From Octopus sinensis (taxonomy: Eukaryota), in contig NC_043007.1 in the NCBI RefSeq assembly GCF_006345805.1, forward strand, positions 60,264,001 to 60,328,000: DNA of 64,000 nt. The letters run 5' to 3'. Below are positions 25,109 through 40,200 of this stretch, in pieces. The position numbers and the translations under genes are program-made. The notes under the pieces were generated by a model, which was given only the letters and a program-made list of their open reading frames with translations, did not search any database and was not told the origin of the DNA. The number at the start of each line of letters is the position of its first letter. Positions within the stretch are counted from its first letter, which is position 1.

Positions 25109-28100
25109 TCTTAGCTAATTTACATGGTATTAAATTGGAACTAAAAGCAAAAAAAAGTTAGTATTGGAAGATTCCTAATTTTCATGTTACAATTGTAATT
25201 CTTTAAATGCTTTCTTATTATAATAATTGTGAGACATTGTTTTTAAAAAATTCACTCTGAGAAGTTTATTCAGAAACCTTATTCATATTGAGTTTGCACT
25301 TAGATCCAGTAACCTTGAGACTTGATGACAGCACATGAGATTTTTCACCTAGAACACTATATTTAGTTACTTCCCTTTAACTCTAGCCTTTAATGATTGT
25401 TGTGCTCTTATCTCTGGCACACTGGATCATTATGCAGTCTTAGCAGATTAAATGTAGCAGTATAATTAGCAACCAGACATAATATCCAGTGAAAGATATC
25501 ACATTGCCTAAAATTAAAGCAGAAACTAATGTTGGGTTAAATTAATTTAGCTTCTTGGATAAAGATGAAAATTTATTCTTGCAGTGTATGTGTGTATAAT
25601 GGAAAATTTAAACCTATGTATAGGAGCAAACTAAAATTACTAATTATATATAGATGATATGTATATGTACCTGTATACATATATGTACACACACATATCT
25701 GTGTGTGTGTGTAAAAATATACTTTATATTTATGTTTGTTAGCATAAGTGTATGTGAATATATATTGTAATTATGTTTGCATATATATATATATATATAT
25801 ACATATATATTCACACACATATGTATATATATTACTAACATAGCAATTACTGCTTCAGTTAATGACACACACACTGATAATTTATACACTAGTTTTAGTT
25901 GCCTTCATTGGATCAATTGAGTGCAACATACTGATTTGGACAATTCTTATAAGTAGTATTTAGTTAGCGTAAAGTACAGCTGACCTGCCATTAGTGAAAC
26001 CAAACAGCTTTTGTTTTTTTGTTCTTTGTTTCCAGCAACAGTATTAGAATCCTTAGCAGTTTACCATCTATCATTTTCTTCATACTTGCTGTAAAAGGAA
26101 AATTTCTCTCAGTGGTTTAGATTTCACTTATTCAGCTATGTTTAACTCTTTCAATTATGGTTACATTGGCAGTGCCTCCAGCATAGCCTCAGTTCAATAA
26201 CTGATACCAGTAAAAGCTAGAATGCAGTAGTTTTAAATATTCTTTGTTGCTTTGTTGTTCCTTTCTGTTGTAAAGAATTTGAAAAAAATTAAATACATTG
26301 TAAATACACATGACTTCAAGTACAAGTTTCCTGATAATTGTAATTAGCTTTTAATTTCTATAAAATCTGTGAAAATTTGATATTCATTTCATTGTGTGGT
26401 ATATGATCTTGGACTACATAGTAATAAGGTCAAGCCTGATTCCAGTTGTACACATCTGCTTGCTTGACTATGAGTTCTACTCACATGTCAGGGCTAACTG
26501 GTAAGCAATTGGAAGAGTGCCAATCCATAAATAATAATTTCATCAATAAACAAACCACATACAACAGATATGGAATCAAACTGAATAATAATAATAGACA
26601 ACAGTGACTTAACTCTAAAAGATAGTTATTTTATGTGTGTGTATTATTATAATGATTAATGGTAAAGCGTTTGGATGAAAACCTTTATGAGTGCAATCAA
26701 GGCCAATGACTTAAATCATGATAAATCACAGTGGTCTGTTTTTTATTCCTCTCTTCATTATATTTGAGTCTTCAGTAATAGAATTTAGTAACAAGTGCTC
26801 CACCACCACTTTATTTTTCCTATTTTCATTATACTTGTGTCTTTAATATTAGAATTTAAAAACAAGTACCTTGGAGTATTTTATATGAAGATCACCTGTT
26901 TCTCATAGTTGGATGAATAAAAACTGTCATGGGGCAATGAAATTTGGTGGGAAATTTTCAGTGAAGATGAGATCTTAACACAGCCTTTGTTTAATCCTAA
27001 GTCTGTCTTGATCAGGTAGACTTAAGGTCAAAAGCACTCCAGCCATAAACCATCTCTGCTTTTATTCAGACATGATATAACTAGAACTGCAATTCTTTAG
27101 TGTGTCTTTTCTAAAAAAGACTGTAGGTATAATTTGAGGATGGTTTGGCAGCTATTTCTTGCAGGTTGTGTAACTGCTTAATCTACGCTGTGTTAATTAG
27201 TTTTCTTCAGGTACAACAAATCATTTAGTACACTGGCTATGTTTAATATTCATTATAGTCTAACTCATTATGCACTACAATTTTTTTTTCTTTTGTAGCC
27301 TTTCATGCACTGCTAATTCAAAGGCCACTGGAGATTATGTATTTTATTGTGGTTTAAAAAATATTTACATCTTCAGTCACGTATTAAGCAAAAGTATGTT
27401 GTCTTTATATTTAGGTTAGAATAACTAAAATAGAGTAGCAGTGGAGTATTATAATAGTTAAGCCTGGACATTTAAATGACAAGACTTGCAAAATTAAAGA
27501 GAATAGGATTTAGTGAAGGAGTAATTGGACTCAGCAAGACTGAGTTTCACTGCTCGTTTCTCTTTACCGACCTCCTTCTCTCTATCTCTCTCTCTCAAGA
27601 AATTTTCAATTACTGCATAGCTGATGGCAAGGGAATGGAATCCTGGAACAAAGTTCAGGTGTATCCTTAAACAGTAAAGCATCAGTAAAATGATAAAGCA
27701 AGCAGGGGAATGGAGTGATCCCATAAATATCTCCAAATTTAGGGGTAATAATCTTAAATAATCACTCTTTTTTTTTTTTTTCCTTTACATTCTCATATCA
27801 AATAATTTGGAAGAGTAATCAGTTATACAATATGGATAAGTTATATGCATTGGTTAACTAATTAGCACAAATCAGGCATAGGCAGAGGTCAGATGAGCTT
27901 GGAAGTCAGACAAAAGCTTTAAGTTACTCTTTGCAAGTGATAATGCAGGTATGGTTGAACTGTTTTGAGCTGTTTTTGATGGCTTCTTCATTATGTCATT
28001 GAAATAAGATACATAAGCTTATATATACAAAGAAAAGGAGTAATTTTAATAAGTAAAATAATTAAACATCAGTCTGATTTTTTTTCTTAAGTTCTTAATG

Positions 28101-30149
28101 ACTAAAAAATATTTTGATCACAGTCACCATCAGTTATTTGAAAAACATATTTCCTGCTCTGTTTAAACAAGCTCACTCAACCCTTTTGTTATATTTCCAT
28201 TGGAACACACTGCCTTTGTTCTAATTAATTTTGAAAATAACTTTTTTCTACACTATCATGATGGGTGGGTTTGAATATCCAGAATTTGCTTGAATCATTT
28301 CCAAAAACCAACCTATCAGTGTGAAGAGGAAATGTATGTATTTTAGATGGTGGCTATATAACATTCTCATATCTGAACCTGTTGGGAAATATAACAAAAA
28401 AGAGTGTAGGAGTATTTTCACTTAAACACTGTTACATTTTTCTCAAATGCACTGTATCTGCACACTGCCAGTTTTGGATTTACCAAATAGATAAGAATAG
28501 ACTGGCCAAATTTGCTGTATAATCACTCATCCAGTTGATGATATAAATGGAATTAGTACTGTTTATCTGCTAAACTGAGGCATGTAGCCCAATTACCTTG
28601 TGCAAGGTCACAATAAAGTAATTGTTAATAGTACATATATGTGTGTATGTATGTGTATATATATTTTTGTTAATGGTAGACTAACACATTACTTTCGACC
28701 ACTAAACCTTTAAAATTGACTAGTCTGTCTCATCACCACCATCATCATTGTCAGTTTCAACGTGTGCTTCAGCTTTATTGCAGAATTTTATCTCAATTGC
28801 TTTAGGTTAGTGATGAAAAAACTTTAGCTTGATGCAGTTGAAATTTTAATTTCTTTAATAATCCTGTTATTGATCTGTCACTCATAATGTGAACATCTAT
28901 TTCAGTTTTGGGTAAATACTTATAAATAAGCTTTTTATAACACGGTATTACAAGAAGACTTTTTTTTTTTCCAAAGTCCATCTTGTGTCATCCAAAAACA
29001 CTGTAGCATATCTCTGCAGCATATCACATGGTATCAATTCTTAAACCCAAAAAGAATTGCAGTGTATTTTTTTTTATTTTTTGTTTAGTCCATAAACAAC
29101 AACTAGATTCCTTCCTCATTCTCATACTAACCAATTCAATCATAAATTTAAAGCAATACTTGAAGTATAATTTCTTTAACTATCCTGTCTTAGTAAAACC
29201 AAAAACAGAAGAGGCTTACATCAAAATATGTATGGTTAAAGGTTCCAAAGATTACTTTCCTTTTAAGATCCATAAGCAGTTGTTCAGATGTGTGTGCAAA
29301 TTTCTATGAAAAATATCAAAGCTAAACTTATTTGGTCATCATAGGGCATTTTTATGTATTTTTACCAAATGGCAGCTTTTATAATCCCTACACTATTTTA
29401 AGCTCACTTATATTCTTCAAAAACCTCGCTGTGCTTTTTAATTGGTATAATTATTGGTAGAAAGTTTTATGTACAATAACCAAAACAATACAACTCTGAG
29501 ACAGGTTTTTGAGTTTGGGTTTTTGATTATTTCTCTAAAATCTGAGCTACTTTTCCACTGTGCTTTGTACATATTACAGCTCAAATGACAATGTTATTTC
29601 AGATCATTAATTTTTTTTTTCTTTTCAATTAGTTCATTTTTTGAGTAATTATGCAATTTTAATGTCTTAATATTTTCAAGATGATTATTCTCTCCTTTTA
29701 ACTCTAAAACTACTTTGAGATTTATCAATTTGGTATATTATTGCATATACCATATTTTAACTGCCTTTGCAGGAATCTGACAGCTATGGGAAATTAAACT
29801 TTAATTTCTAAGTAGAACTGAGTTTCTACTGCCAAATCTGACATGTTCTGTTTTGTTGTGTTACACTGAAATTGCTTTCAGAGACTGGCTGCCTACCAAG
29901 ACAATAATGCTGATGATTTCAAAGACACTCAGCAGGCATATAAGCATTGATGATGATGACGATTGTCATCATCATTATCATTACCTCATTATTCACTTGT
30001 ATCCATTTTAGATAAATCTGTAAGTTTGTTGAATGAAAATCCCTTAGTCTCTTAACTGACCATTTTCATACCTTCTACCTCCAGCACTGGTTACCACCTA
30101 CTAACTTACCAATTTTTCCCATTATGCATCATTATCTTTATAAACAAAA

Positions 30150-30305
30150 ACCTTATTGTTTCCAGTTCACCATGTAATCATGTCCAGGCTGTTTATTACT
30201 TTGCTTGGAAATGAGTGTAGATGTCAGGAAGGGCATCTAGCCATAACAAACTCTGCCCCAGTGTATTCACTTGACCTATACAAGTAGATGTTAAATGGTG
30301 ATGAG
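30150..30305 (+). mobile_element. Decayed RTE-type tail fragment
   Basis: GATGTCAGGAAGGGCATCTAGCCATA...GATGTTAAATGGTGATGA, the reverse complement of the motif series at 3226. Confidence 0.55.
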
Positions 30306-31919
30306 GACTCTACTCTTTGCATGTGATGTTCCACTGTTTACAAAAGATTGATTCTTCCCCCCTCAGTTATGACTTGCTTTCTAAATTCATTCTTAACTCT
30401 TGCTGCTTGTTTCTTATCTATTTCTTCAGCTGTCACAATTTAACCATGTTTGACATATAAAATACTTGCAGGTGAAATCAGACTTCCCACATAGAGACTA
30501 AAAATCAGGATTTGAATTTTTGATATCAAAAATAGAAGGAATAGAGTGAAATGTCTTAATTGACCTCTTAGTTTTTTCAAACCATTCAGCCATGCATAGC
30601 TTTTGTCCACCAACTCAGATTTAAGTTAGCTGTAACATGTACTTACTAAGTAAATTACTACTTGACTTTAAATATATTGTTTCTAGTTGTTTTTTTTTTA
30701 TATTAGCACTGATCTGAATTGCTTATCTTACATCAATTACATCTAATACTAATCACTATAATCTTGGTCAGGTATTACCCTTATAGTACGTGTGTACATG
30801 TTTATATGAATGTGTATATGTGCATACATATTGTTTATATATATATATAGCTTTGAACTTTAATGAGAAACAAAAAAAAAAAGAGAGAAGGGAGTAAGAC
30901 TCACAGAATAGACTGTTAGACAAGGAGCTTTACACTGCTAGTTAATTTTGTCCACACTTGGCATATCTGTAAGATTGGTGCTCGTGACCGCTTTCTGTGG
31001 CATTAAGTGGCTGAGAGAGAAATATCCAATTTGGTTGCATGTTAGAGTTAGTTGAATCATTTGAAGCATATTACTTATAGTGTCTACTAACAGGCAAAAG
31101 AAATACTCATTTTTACTTTGACACATGGAAGGAACACATGGGCATTATTATTAAAAATCTTGTCCGAACAAATCCCAAAACTCAGTCTTCAGCAATAGAT
31201 GAAAGTGATTATTTAGCACTAGTTTCATTTTTTAATAGTTTTATGCTTAAATTTGTTCTTGTTAAATACTATGTGTTAACTCTTTCATGTGCTGTGTAAT
31301 CTGTATTAACAAAAATTTGCATACATTGATAGAGGTATTGATAGATATTAAACCTCAAATAGATCCTCAAGCATATTCATTTATCTTATGATAACTATCA
31401 GTTATTTTTACCAAAGCTTATTGCATTTTTTTTACATCTAAACTGAAAAATTTTCGTTCAAATTCCATTTTTTTTAATTTCCATTCTCATTATATACCTG
31501 GCCTTGTTTACTTACTAAAAGTTCAATGGTGTGTTGCCTTAGATCCTGTCATAAAATTTGAGACTGGATAATGGTTCCCATCTTCAGTTTTCTTGTCATA
31601 CTAACATAGATATCCCTATCTCACCACCTTCTTTCGCATGTCTTGATTATTTACTTCTCACTGTAGTCCAGTCTTTTAAGATCCAAACTAATTCACTTTT
31701 AGTCTGCTCTTTCTTTAGGCATTCTCCATCAATTAACCATAAACTCAAAGCACTTTTTCAACCAACCCTACAACTTGTCTATAATGTAATAACTCACTCT
31801 ATACTGACCAGTGCTTTTGCTATTCAACTGCCTTTCAACCAACTAAATGTAATCAGCTTGTTTATTTCTAATCACTCAAGCCTTTTTCATTTAGTCTTAT
31901 GTTTAGGGGTGTGACAAAA

Positions 31920-32110
31920 TGCCTTGCAGTATTTGTTCCAGCTCCTATGTTGTTTGCTCAATCCCCACTGAGATCAGCTTTGCTGTTCACCCTTCTGGGG
32001 TTAATAAACTAAAGTACCAGTTAAGTACTGGGATCAATGGAATCAACCAACACCCGATCCTTAAAACTGCTGGCCTTGTGCTTAAGAAACAATTGTCATT
32101 AGCATTACAA
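31920..32110 (+). mobile_element. Second SINE family, decayed copy
   Basis: TAAAGTACCAGTTAAGTACTGGGATCAATG...AAAACTGCTGGCCTTGTGC; same motifs at 35300-35470 and a tail fragment near 51160. Confidence 0.6.
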
Positions 32111-34133
32111 TTCTGATACATGCTATATTTGTACAAGAAAGAAACACCTCTAATTGGTGGGTGGGAAAGGTTTATAAAATATTTGACCTACTTCATTCAA
32201 ATCCTGACCACTACAACCACCATTGCTTTTAAGCACTAAGTAAATACAGTCTATCTACAACTTTCAGCTAGCCATCTCTTCAATCAATACTTTTCAGTCT
32301 GTGGCTGTTCATGCTTTTAGTTACTTCACTCAATCTAACATTATTATAATTAGCATATCACTGAAGCTCGGTTTTTCAATGCATTTTTGCTACATTCCTA
32401 GCAGTGATATCTGGTATGTCTTCTCCATGCTTTCTTTTAACTATAGTTTGTTATTGGTTTTTTTTTTTAATATTATGATATAGTGCTGAAAATAAGTATC
32501 AACTGTCTTATTAGACCAACTCAAAGTTACATGACAACTGAAATTATGAGTCTCTGTAGATCTGTTAAAGATTCTGTTGCACCTATTGTGCACTTAATCA
32601 TTTATTAATTATCCAATTTTGTGTCCTTACTTGTTCTCTTATTGACTACTAAATATAGTTCTTTCTTTGGATTGAAACTATATTGAAATAGTGATATCTG
32701 CTAATTAATTCACATCTAAAATTATGTCTGCACATGTAACAAAGCCTGCTATTGCAAAAATGGACTGGTTACTAAGAAATATATTGAACTGTAGTCAAGG
32801 TACATGCTTTCGTATACAATGAGTTAACTAGCAGGGCTCCATCATCACAATCAGAAGAAATATTTGACCCAATATGAAAACAAAAGGAAAATTTTTCAAA
32901 TGCTTACTAAATGTGTAGAGAATGTAATTTTCACTACTGCCTATTTATAGCCAGCAATACCTAACACAAATTGTATTGCTAAGTAACTATGTGTTAATGC
33001 ATTACTATTTCATTTTGTTCTTAATACAACCTACAGTTCACCAACCATATTTTTGTTGGATAGAGCTAGGCTGGATTTTTTATATATGTATATAACTATA
33101 TTGCTTTCTAAAGAGCAATTTGATTTTTAAAAATGTTTTAGTTTGGTTCATAATATTTCAATAACCAGTTTGAATTTTTTAGAGTAAATACTCAAGAAAA
33201 CAAAACTGATGCTTAACTTCTGGGTGAGCAGATTAAAAGAATAAAATCCTTAATTATAAGCTGCTACCATTTAACTTTAATCTTAAAACATGAGATAAAG
33301 TTGTCCTCCAACCATGTTTAAACACTATTGCAAAGTAATAAATTATATTCTTAGAACTAGCTAATCTGTCTCCGCTGTCTCTGTCCTGAATACAGTCAAG
33401 TTTTATAATTTAGTGTGAAAAGAATTAGCAATTGTTGTCTGTTATAATTTAATATTTTGTTAATAAATATTTTATAGATTTAAATAATGCAGCATCAAAT
33501 TGCAGTCCCATTCTCACAGTAACTTGAGAATTACTAATTAGTAATAAAGCAGCCCTTTACTCTAGTGCCCGTTCATTTTCAATAGCAAATCTTTTAAGTT
33601 TCTTAGATTTGGCACATCCTCCTTACAAATTTCATGTCATTGATTTTTATGTCCTATCAACAAGTACCTGAATAGTTGTAATTATATTAAACTACCAATG
33701 TCTCACAATATTTGTATTTGCACATTTGAACAATGCAGTGCTCATTAAATATGCAAAGCGAATCTAACCATGAGAATACTGAAGGGAATTTAAAGCAAAA
33801 CTACTTGGCTCATATTTTGAAACCCCATCTTCTGCAGCCATTTCTAATTGAAACAGTGTAGGAGGAATTTCTACATATTCTCTCAAAATTACACAGGCCT
33901 AGTTACTTTGGCCTTTTTTTTTTCTTTCATGTTTAATTTTAAGATGATGGCAATTGGTGCAGGAAAACACCAGCCTTCAATTGTCTACTATTTTCATTTC
34001 TAGGTCAGTCTTCAGAATCTAATGGTAGATATTAAGTAGTTAAACTTAGATGTGATTGCTATGTTTTTGACATCTGTTAGAGTGTGGTTACTAAGTAGGT
34101 TTCATATTTAAAGACTACCTTAATACTCTGTCA

Positions 34134-34139
<6 letters not shown>

Positions 34140-34222
<83 letters not shown>
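34140..34222. repeat. (TA)n microsatellite
   Basis: Near-pure TA run. Confidence 0.95.
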
Positions 34223-34224
<2 letters not shown>

Positions 34225-34639
34225 ACAAGTTGCTTTTGATTGGTTAACACATTTAAATGACTTCATCAATTATAACAGTTTATTAAATCTAAATTTAATA
34301 TGGATTTTATTAGTAAGTCTATGTTACAGTGTTCTTAAAAAGTTGTTATGGATATTGAATAACGTTATTTTATCTATGTGGAGTTCATGTGCAACGTCAT
34401 TATTTGGCAATATTGGCTGGCAGCAATCAAAATTTCTCATGAGGTTCAGCAGCCACAGTTTCCATCCAACATCCTGACATTGCCAACTTGTGTTTGCAAT
34501 ATTGCTTTCAGCCATACACTCATCAACAAAACTTTCTGTAATACAGCCATGCCTAATGTAGGCCACAAGTTCAGGACATCAGAAGCTGTTTAGATTCACA
34601 GTGGCCTCGCTGTCTCCCAGAAGGCAATATCTAATTAAC

Positions 34640-34945
34640 ATAACTGGGACAGTATCAAAAATTCCACCTGCACAAGGATCCTGTCTTCCTTCAACCAACA
34701 CCATCTCACTTGCCTCCAAAAGCCAAACAACAATACCTGGCTTCATATAGTACCCTTTTATCAACTGGTACCCTTCCCAATGATGAACTAATACTTATTA
34801 GAGTTACTCTGCTCATCAGCTTCCATGTATTTGAGTTACATAAATGTTGTGAAGCTGCTGTCAATAAGTCTGGAGTGCACTTACTTTCTTGTCATCATAG
34901 TGTGGATTATTTCCCTACTGCTCACCAAATTGAATAATGTTATTA
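34640..34945 (+). pseudogene. Possible very old Penelope-like RT N-terminal relic
   Basis: The frame of ORF 34710-34937 contains NKSG...DYFPTAHQI, loosely like the DKGG...DY...A.RQL motif of PLE RTs. Weak. Confidence 0.15.
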
Positions 34946-35299
34946 AAGGTAGCTTTGGTGTTGTCGGTTTCCCTGTCATAACTAAAGCTTGTTATTGACT
35001 GCAGTTATCCTGATGAGATAGCCTTTTCCCCAGTCAGCATGAGCAAGGGGGACAAGTTGCTCAACTAGGATGGTACATGTGTCACATTCTCTAGTGTCAA
35101 CCATACCACAAGGCAGAAGAGTGGAAGACCTCTGACATCAGGTTGCTGCTCTCTTCTGTCAAATTGGAACAAAGGCAATGCACTTAAAATAAGAAAGAAC
35201 CCTTTGAAGCAGAATAGCTGATGCAGTAGATGTCACTAGTTGTTGTTGTTTTTATAGCCATACCATTATGATATTATCTATGGGACATAGATTTTTTTT

Positions 35300-35470
35300 T
35301 TGTGCTGGGCAGTTCAACTGTCTTTACATTCTGATTTCAATTTCTGCTGTAGTCGACTTTGTCATCTTTTTGGGGTCAATAAAATAAGTACCAGTTGTGC
35401 ACTAGAATCAATCTAATTGATTGTCCCCTTGCCCCAAAATTGCTGGCCTTGTGCCAAAGTTTGAAATCAA
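35300..35470 (+). mobile_element. Second SINE family, decayed copy
   Basis: GGGGTCAATAAAATAAGTACCAGTTG...AAAATTGCTGGCCTTGTGCCAAAGTTTGAAATC, homologous to 31920-32110. Confidence 0.6.
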
Positions 35471-36698
35471 TAGTAAATTATCAGAACTTCATGTACTATT
35501 ATTATTATATTTTCAAATATTGTAATTTTAAGTATATTTTTTGGCATTAAGATAATTATTGTTCTAATGCTAGTTATTCATTCAACTATAAAATAAATTT
35601 TAACTTCAAAATAATTTTTTCTGTATTCAGTCATGGAATTTCATCTTCTATAATTTGATTTCTGAGCTGATGTCATTGCAGCACTAGTAACAGCTTTTTA
35701 AATGTCATTGTATTGCTTCTACATAAATTAAAATTACACAAGTTAAACAACTCTTCTCAAAATCACTTATAGATATTATAATACTCTACCATTTTTTCTA
35801 TAAAACATTTAGACATTCATGCAAAACTTAATGCTTTACCAGAAACTGCCATTAATCATTTTATAGCAGGTTTTTATTTCTTTTTCTTTTTTAAAATAGT
35901 TTTGTATTTGAATGCCCAATTTTGTTTCTCTTTGTCATTCTGTGAATTTAGTTATTGGTACATCATGTCTAACCACTTCAATCTCAAAAAATGTTCATCA
36001 GTCTCTGATGAAAAGTTACACATATATCACTATTTAATCATATATTTACTTTTATCATTGGTATTGTGTGAAGTAAATTGTAACATTGTGATTTTTTTCC
36101 TCCATATTTTTTTTTTATAAATAGATAAATGTAAATATTTGAATTGAAGAACGTGTCTTTTGCCTGACTATCTGTATTTTGTTGTACTCAGTTACCATTC
36201 TACTATATTTGCACATAAATTTTATATTTTTACAATCACACGTCCCTGTTTAGGAATTTTCAATTAGCACTATCTGAAGCGAATATGTATTTGCCTAACC
36301 CATGCAAGCATGGAAAAACAGAAGTATAACAAACAAATGAATGAGTAATTTCATTCTCTAATGAGACCACAATGTTTAATGTCTTAGCAAAAATATACCT
36401 TACCAAAGATAGTAAATATTTGTAGTAAGGATGTGTAATGACAATGGCCCATACTAAATGTCATTCCAGATTTGCTTTAATTTTCCTTATGTCCTAAATT
36501 TAGATCCTTTTGGTGTTAACTTTACATTTCACCTTTTTGGAGTCAAAATCAATATTAGTTAAATAATAGGGTCATTTCAATAAGCAACACCATTTTCAAT
36601 TAGATATGTGACCCTGTGCCTAGTGACTCTAGGCACTGTAGTGGCACAAACACTGTTGTATTTATTTACATCTTTTTGCATTACAAGTTCAAATAATT

Positions 36699-36926
36699 TT
36701 AACCCTTTAGTATATAAACTGGCCATATCCAGCCTAAATAGTCTGCCTGTTTTATTTTCAAACAGGTCAGGCTCAGCCTCTCACACCTTTTCTATGAAGT
36801 CATTTTTAAAAAATAAACAATCACAGTTGAAATCTTGAAGCTACAAAATTATGCATGATTAATTCAAAACCCTGAGAATAAGTAAGCATTACATTTGACA
36901 GGGTAGTCTGAATGCTAAAGAGTTAT
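36699..36926. mobile_element. piggyBac-type MITE
   Basis: TTAA-CCCTTTAGTAT...AATGCTAAAGAG-TTAT; TTAA-like target sites and a CCC-type end. Internal sequence shared with 41610, 54773 and 63050. Confidence 0.65.
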
Positions 36927-37224
36927 AAGTCAGTAAAATAATTACCAGTCACATACTGGACTTGATAAAGTCAACTACACTTCTTTGCAAAATGTGTGGT
37001 CTTCCAACCAACTAATCCAATAATCTTTCTGCAATTGATAAAGTACATAAAATAAATAATACAAGTAGTAAATAATTAACTATATCATTTTCCACCTCTA
37101 TTGAATGGTCTTTGAGCATAGTAAAAAAATAATACCAATAAACTGAATTGGCACAGAGAATAGGTTTTTATGGTGACTAGTACTGTACATTATATATTAT
37201 AGTTCAAGTACTAAAGCCAGAAAT

Positions 37225-37238
37225 TATCTTTATTACTA

Positions 37239-37273
<35 letters not shown>

Positions 37274-37280
37274 GTTATTA
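37225..37280. repeat. (ATT)n microsatellite
   Basis: Run of ATT triplets. Confidence 0.9.
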
Positions 37281-40200
37281 CTCCAGTAATCTTATCATTG
37301 AAAGCTTTTACTACATAACTACATAGTTCTATGTGCCTTGTCTACATGGAGTGTTTCATTTTCTTTTTTTATTGTATTGCTGATACTCTGTGTAATATAA
37401 GTGCATAACTTTACTGTTTTTCTGTGTTTATGTAAATCCTGGGGTCTAAGATATATTTCACTGCATCTCTTATTCTTAAGGCATCTGTTATAGTGGGGAT
37501 TGTTTCTCTGTTTAGTCTCTATATTCTACATATTTTTATTTCCCCATTCTTTGTATTTAGTTAGTTTCCAGTTGAAATTGATAAAGCAATTAAATCTTTG
37601 GTATTATTAAGGGAGAAATTTACTATAACCCTATTGATACCAACATGCCTGAAACCACCTTTGATTCTATGGGATAAACTTCCTGTTTTAAGAGCATCTA
37701 AAATAAAATTTCCCTTCAAAATTTCATGTAAATTTGTTTCAAACATTAATAATGCTAAAGTTATTTTTCTGAATCTTCATTATTTTTTAAATTAATCAAA
37801 ATACAAAGGCTGTATTCCAAAAGAAATATAGTAACTTTTTAGTTAATGTCTTGTCAATCTGTATTGTATGTTGGTCATTCTGTAAGATCTATGATGTGTG
37901 TATCATCTCTGTGATGATGCACTTATTAACTCATATTAACCATAAATATTAACAATATCATCAGCCAGTTCTTACTGTGTCTAGGAGTCAACTTGCCTAG
38001 GCTCTCCAGTTTACTCTGTGTTGTACTGCATGTATAGAAATCAGACAGGCTTTGTTTTCAGTCCATTCTTTGATACCATCAGTCCACACAAATATCTTTG
38101 ATGGCCTCTTGCTTTTAACAATATGCATGTCAACAAATACTGCCATTAACAAATATTAACCATAGAAATACACTTGAAAGGAGTATATATTGTAGCAGAA
38201 ATCAAACTATCAGCTGTGGGGTTATTATTCAGTCAACTTTGATTTTCATCTTTCTAGGGATAAAATAGTAAGGGGAGTTTAACTGTAGCCAATTTAATTC
38301 ACTCTACGGTCTCCTCCGTGTTTATGACTTTACTCCAATATAGAAAATCAGTGGCAGTAATTGTAAATCCATGCTAACTGCTAAACTGTTATCTAGTTAT
38401 ACCCTTTTATGTGATGTTAACCCTATTATAATCAACTTTATCTTTTGTCCACTTCAAGTTCAATATTATAATATAAATACTGGTGATATACCGAATATTC
38501 ATTCCTTCAGCTATGGACTCATCTACCAATGTGAGGAATATAACTTATATATAGTTGATATATAGCCATGATATCTGTAATTTTTAAGATGTGTTCTCTT
38601 TTAAATGGTTGGTACTGGTTAACAACTGCATTATGGTAGAGTCATATTAGCCATTTGAAATACAGTTATATTTTCTATTTTATTATATATACAATAAGAT
38701 AGTAGTGAATATGGCTAAGTTCTATCCCTCATCAGTTGTTGACCAAATATCATCACAATTTCAACACTTTCCATCCAACTTTGATAAACTACATTTGCTA
38801 ATAATGCAGTAATATTTACCTGTATTGAATGGCCTTTAAACATAGTAAAAGATAATGGTATATGATATCAGTAAATTGAATTGGTACAAATAACACATTA
38901 TAATGTTAACTAGCATAGTATATTACATATTGTAGTTCAAATATTTTGAGTTAATTATGTCAATCATCTCTTCAAGATCAATAAAATAAGTCCCAGTAAT
39001 ATACTGTATCAAGTCATATGACTTGGCACATACAAAATCATTCACTGATTTAATGTAAAGCTGATAGTTCTTGCTTTATTATTCCTCTATTTAATATTAC
39101 AAATCACTTTTATCTAATTACAATCATGAAATCAAAGCAAATATTTGACTGCTTTTTCATTCTTTCTGTATTTTTTTTAATGTTGATGTTCCAGACCATA
39201 ATTATTATGTGCATCATTATTTGAATACAGTTCATCACTTATGTCATTTATAAATCATCTCATTATTTTACATAGCTTTTCAGTGAAGTATTAACATAAA
39301 ACTGTTCTTATATTATTTGTATCCATTTGAAAATAAAACTGGTTTAATATTTCAATCCGTTATATAGATTTTTGTTGCTCCACTGCTGCTAAATAGTAAA
39401 ACGAAAGTGGAGTCTTGTAATCATAATTATTTTAGCGTCAAATTACTAGCCCTAAGCTTCATTTTATCAAAAGAGCTAGAAACTAAGACATGTAAGTTTA
39501 ATGTTGCTACCTACTTACCTTCTTTCTCTCTCCTTGTCCTTATCTTAAGTTTTAATCAATGTAAGCAACTTGCTGAAAACCAGAAGGGAAGCCTGCATAT
39601 ATTCTTGCAATCAACTACAAACTGATGGACTACTTTTGGTTATGAAGAATATTTTTACTTCTCTATTACAAAGAACAAAAACTACATCTATATTTTATTC
39701 ATAAATCAGTGTGGAATGCCAAACTCACCACTTTATTCTGGGTTATTGGATGCCTAGAGGGATGGTGGGTGAGGGATTAAATTATTTACTATTTCTGTTT
39801 TTTCAATGAAGAACAAAAACAAATGCTTTCTATTGAGACAATCTACCAACTAGACCATATCACAGGCAAACCTTTAGATTTGTTAAATCACAGATTCAGT
39901 TGAAGACCTTCACTGGATTCCACCAGTTGAATTAAACAATAATAATGTATTTGAAGATGTCATTAGTGGTCTATTCTGCCACAATAGCTTGTGTTTAATG
40001 TAATCTATGTCCATCCTGTGTATTTGCAACTCAGGAAGCAAATCTAAACCTAAATTTCAAATGTAGATTAGATATCCTCCTATTAAATGGCAATAATTCC
40101 TACATTAATATCAATATTTATACTGACTGATTGGCTCTTTCATTTATTCATGCTCGTCTTCATCAGCCTGATACATAGTGTTGTGTTCTTAGCTTAGTTA

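Noticed and set aside
27882-27954. 73-nt open segment ending in CAG|GTATGG
   Set aside because: The acceptor lacks a pyrimidine tract and the peptide is unrecognisable.
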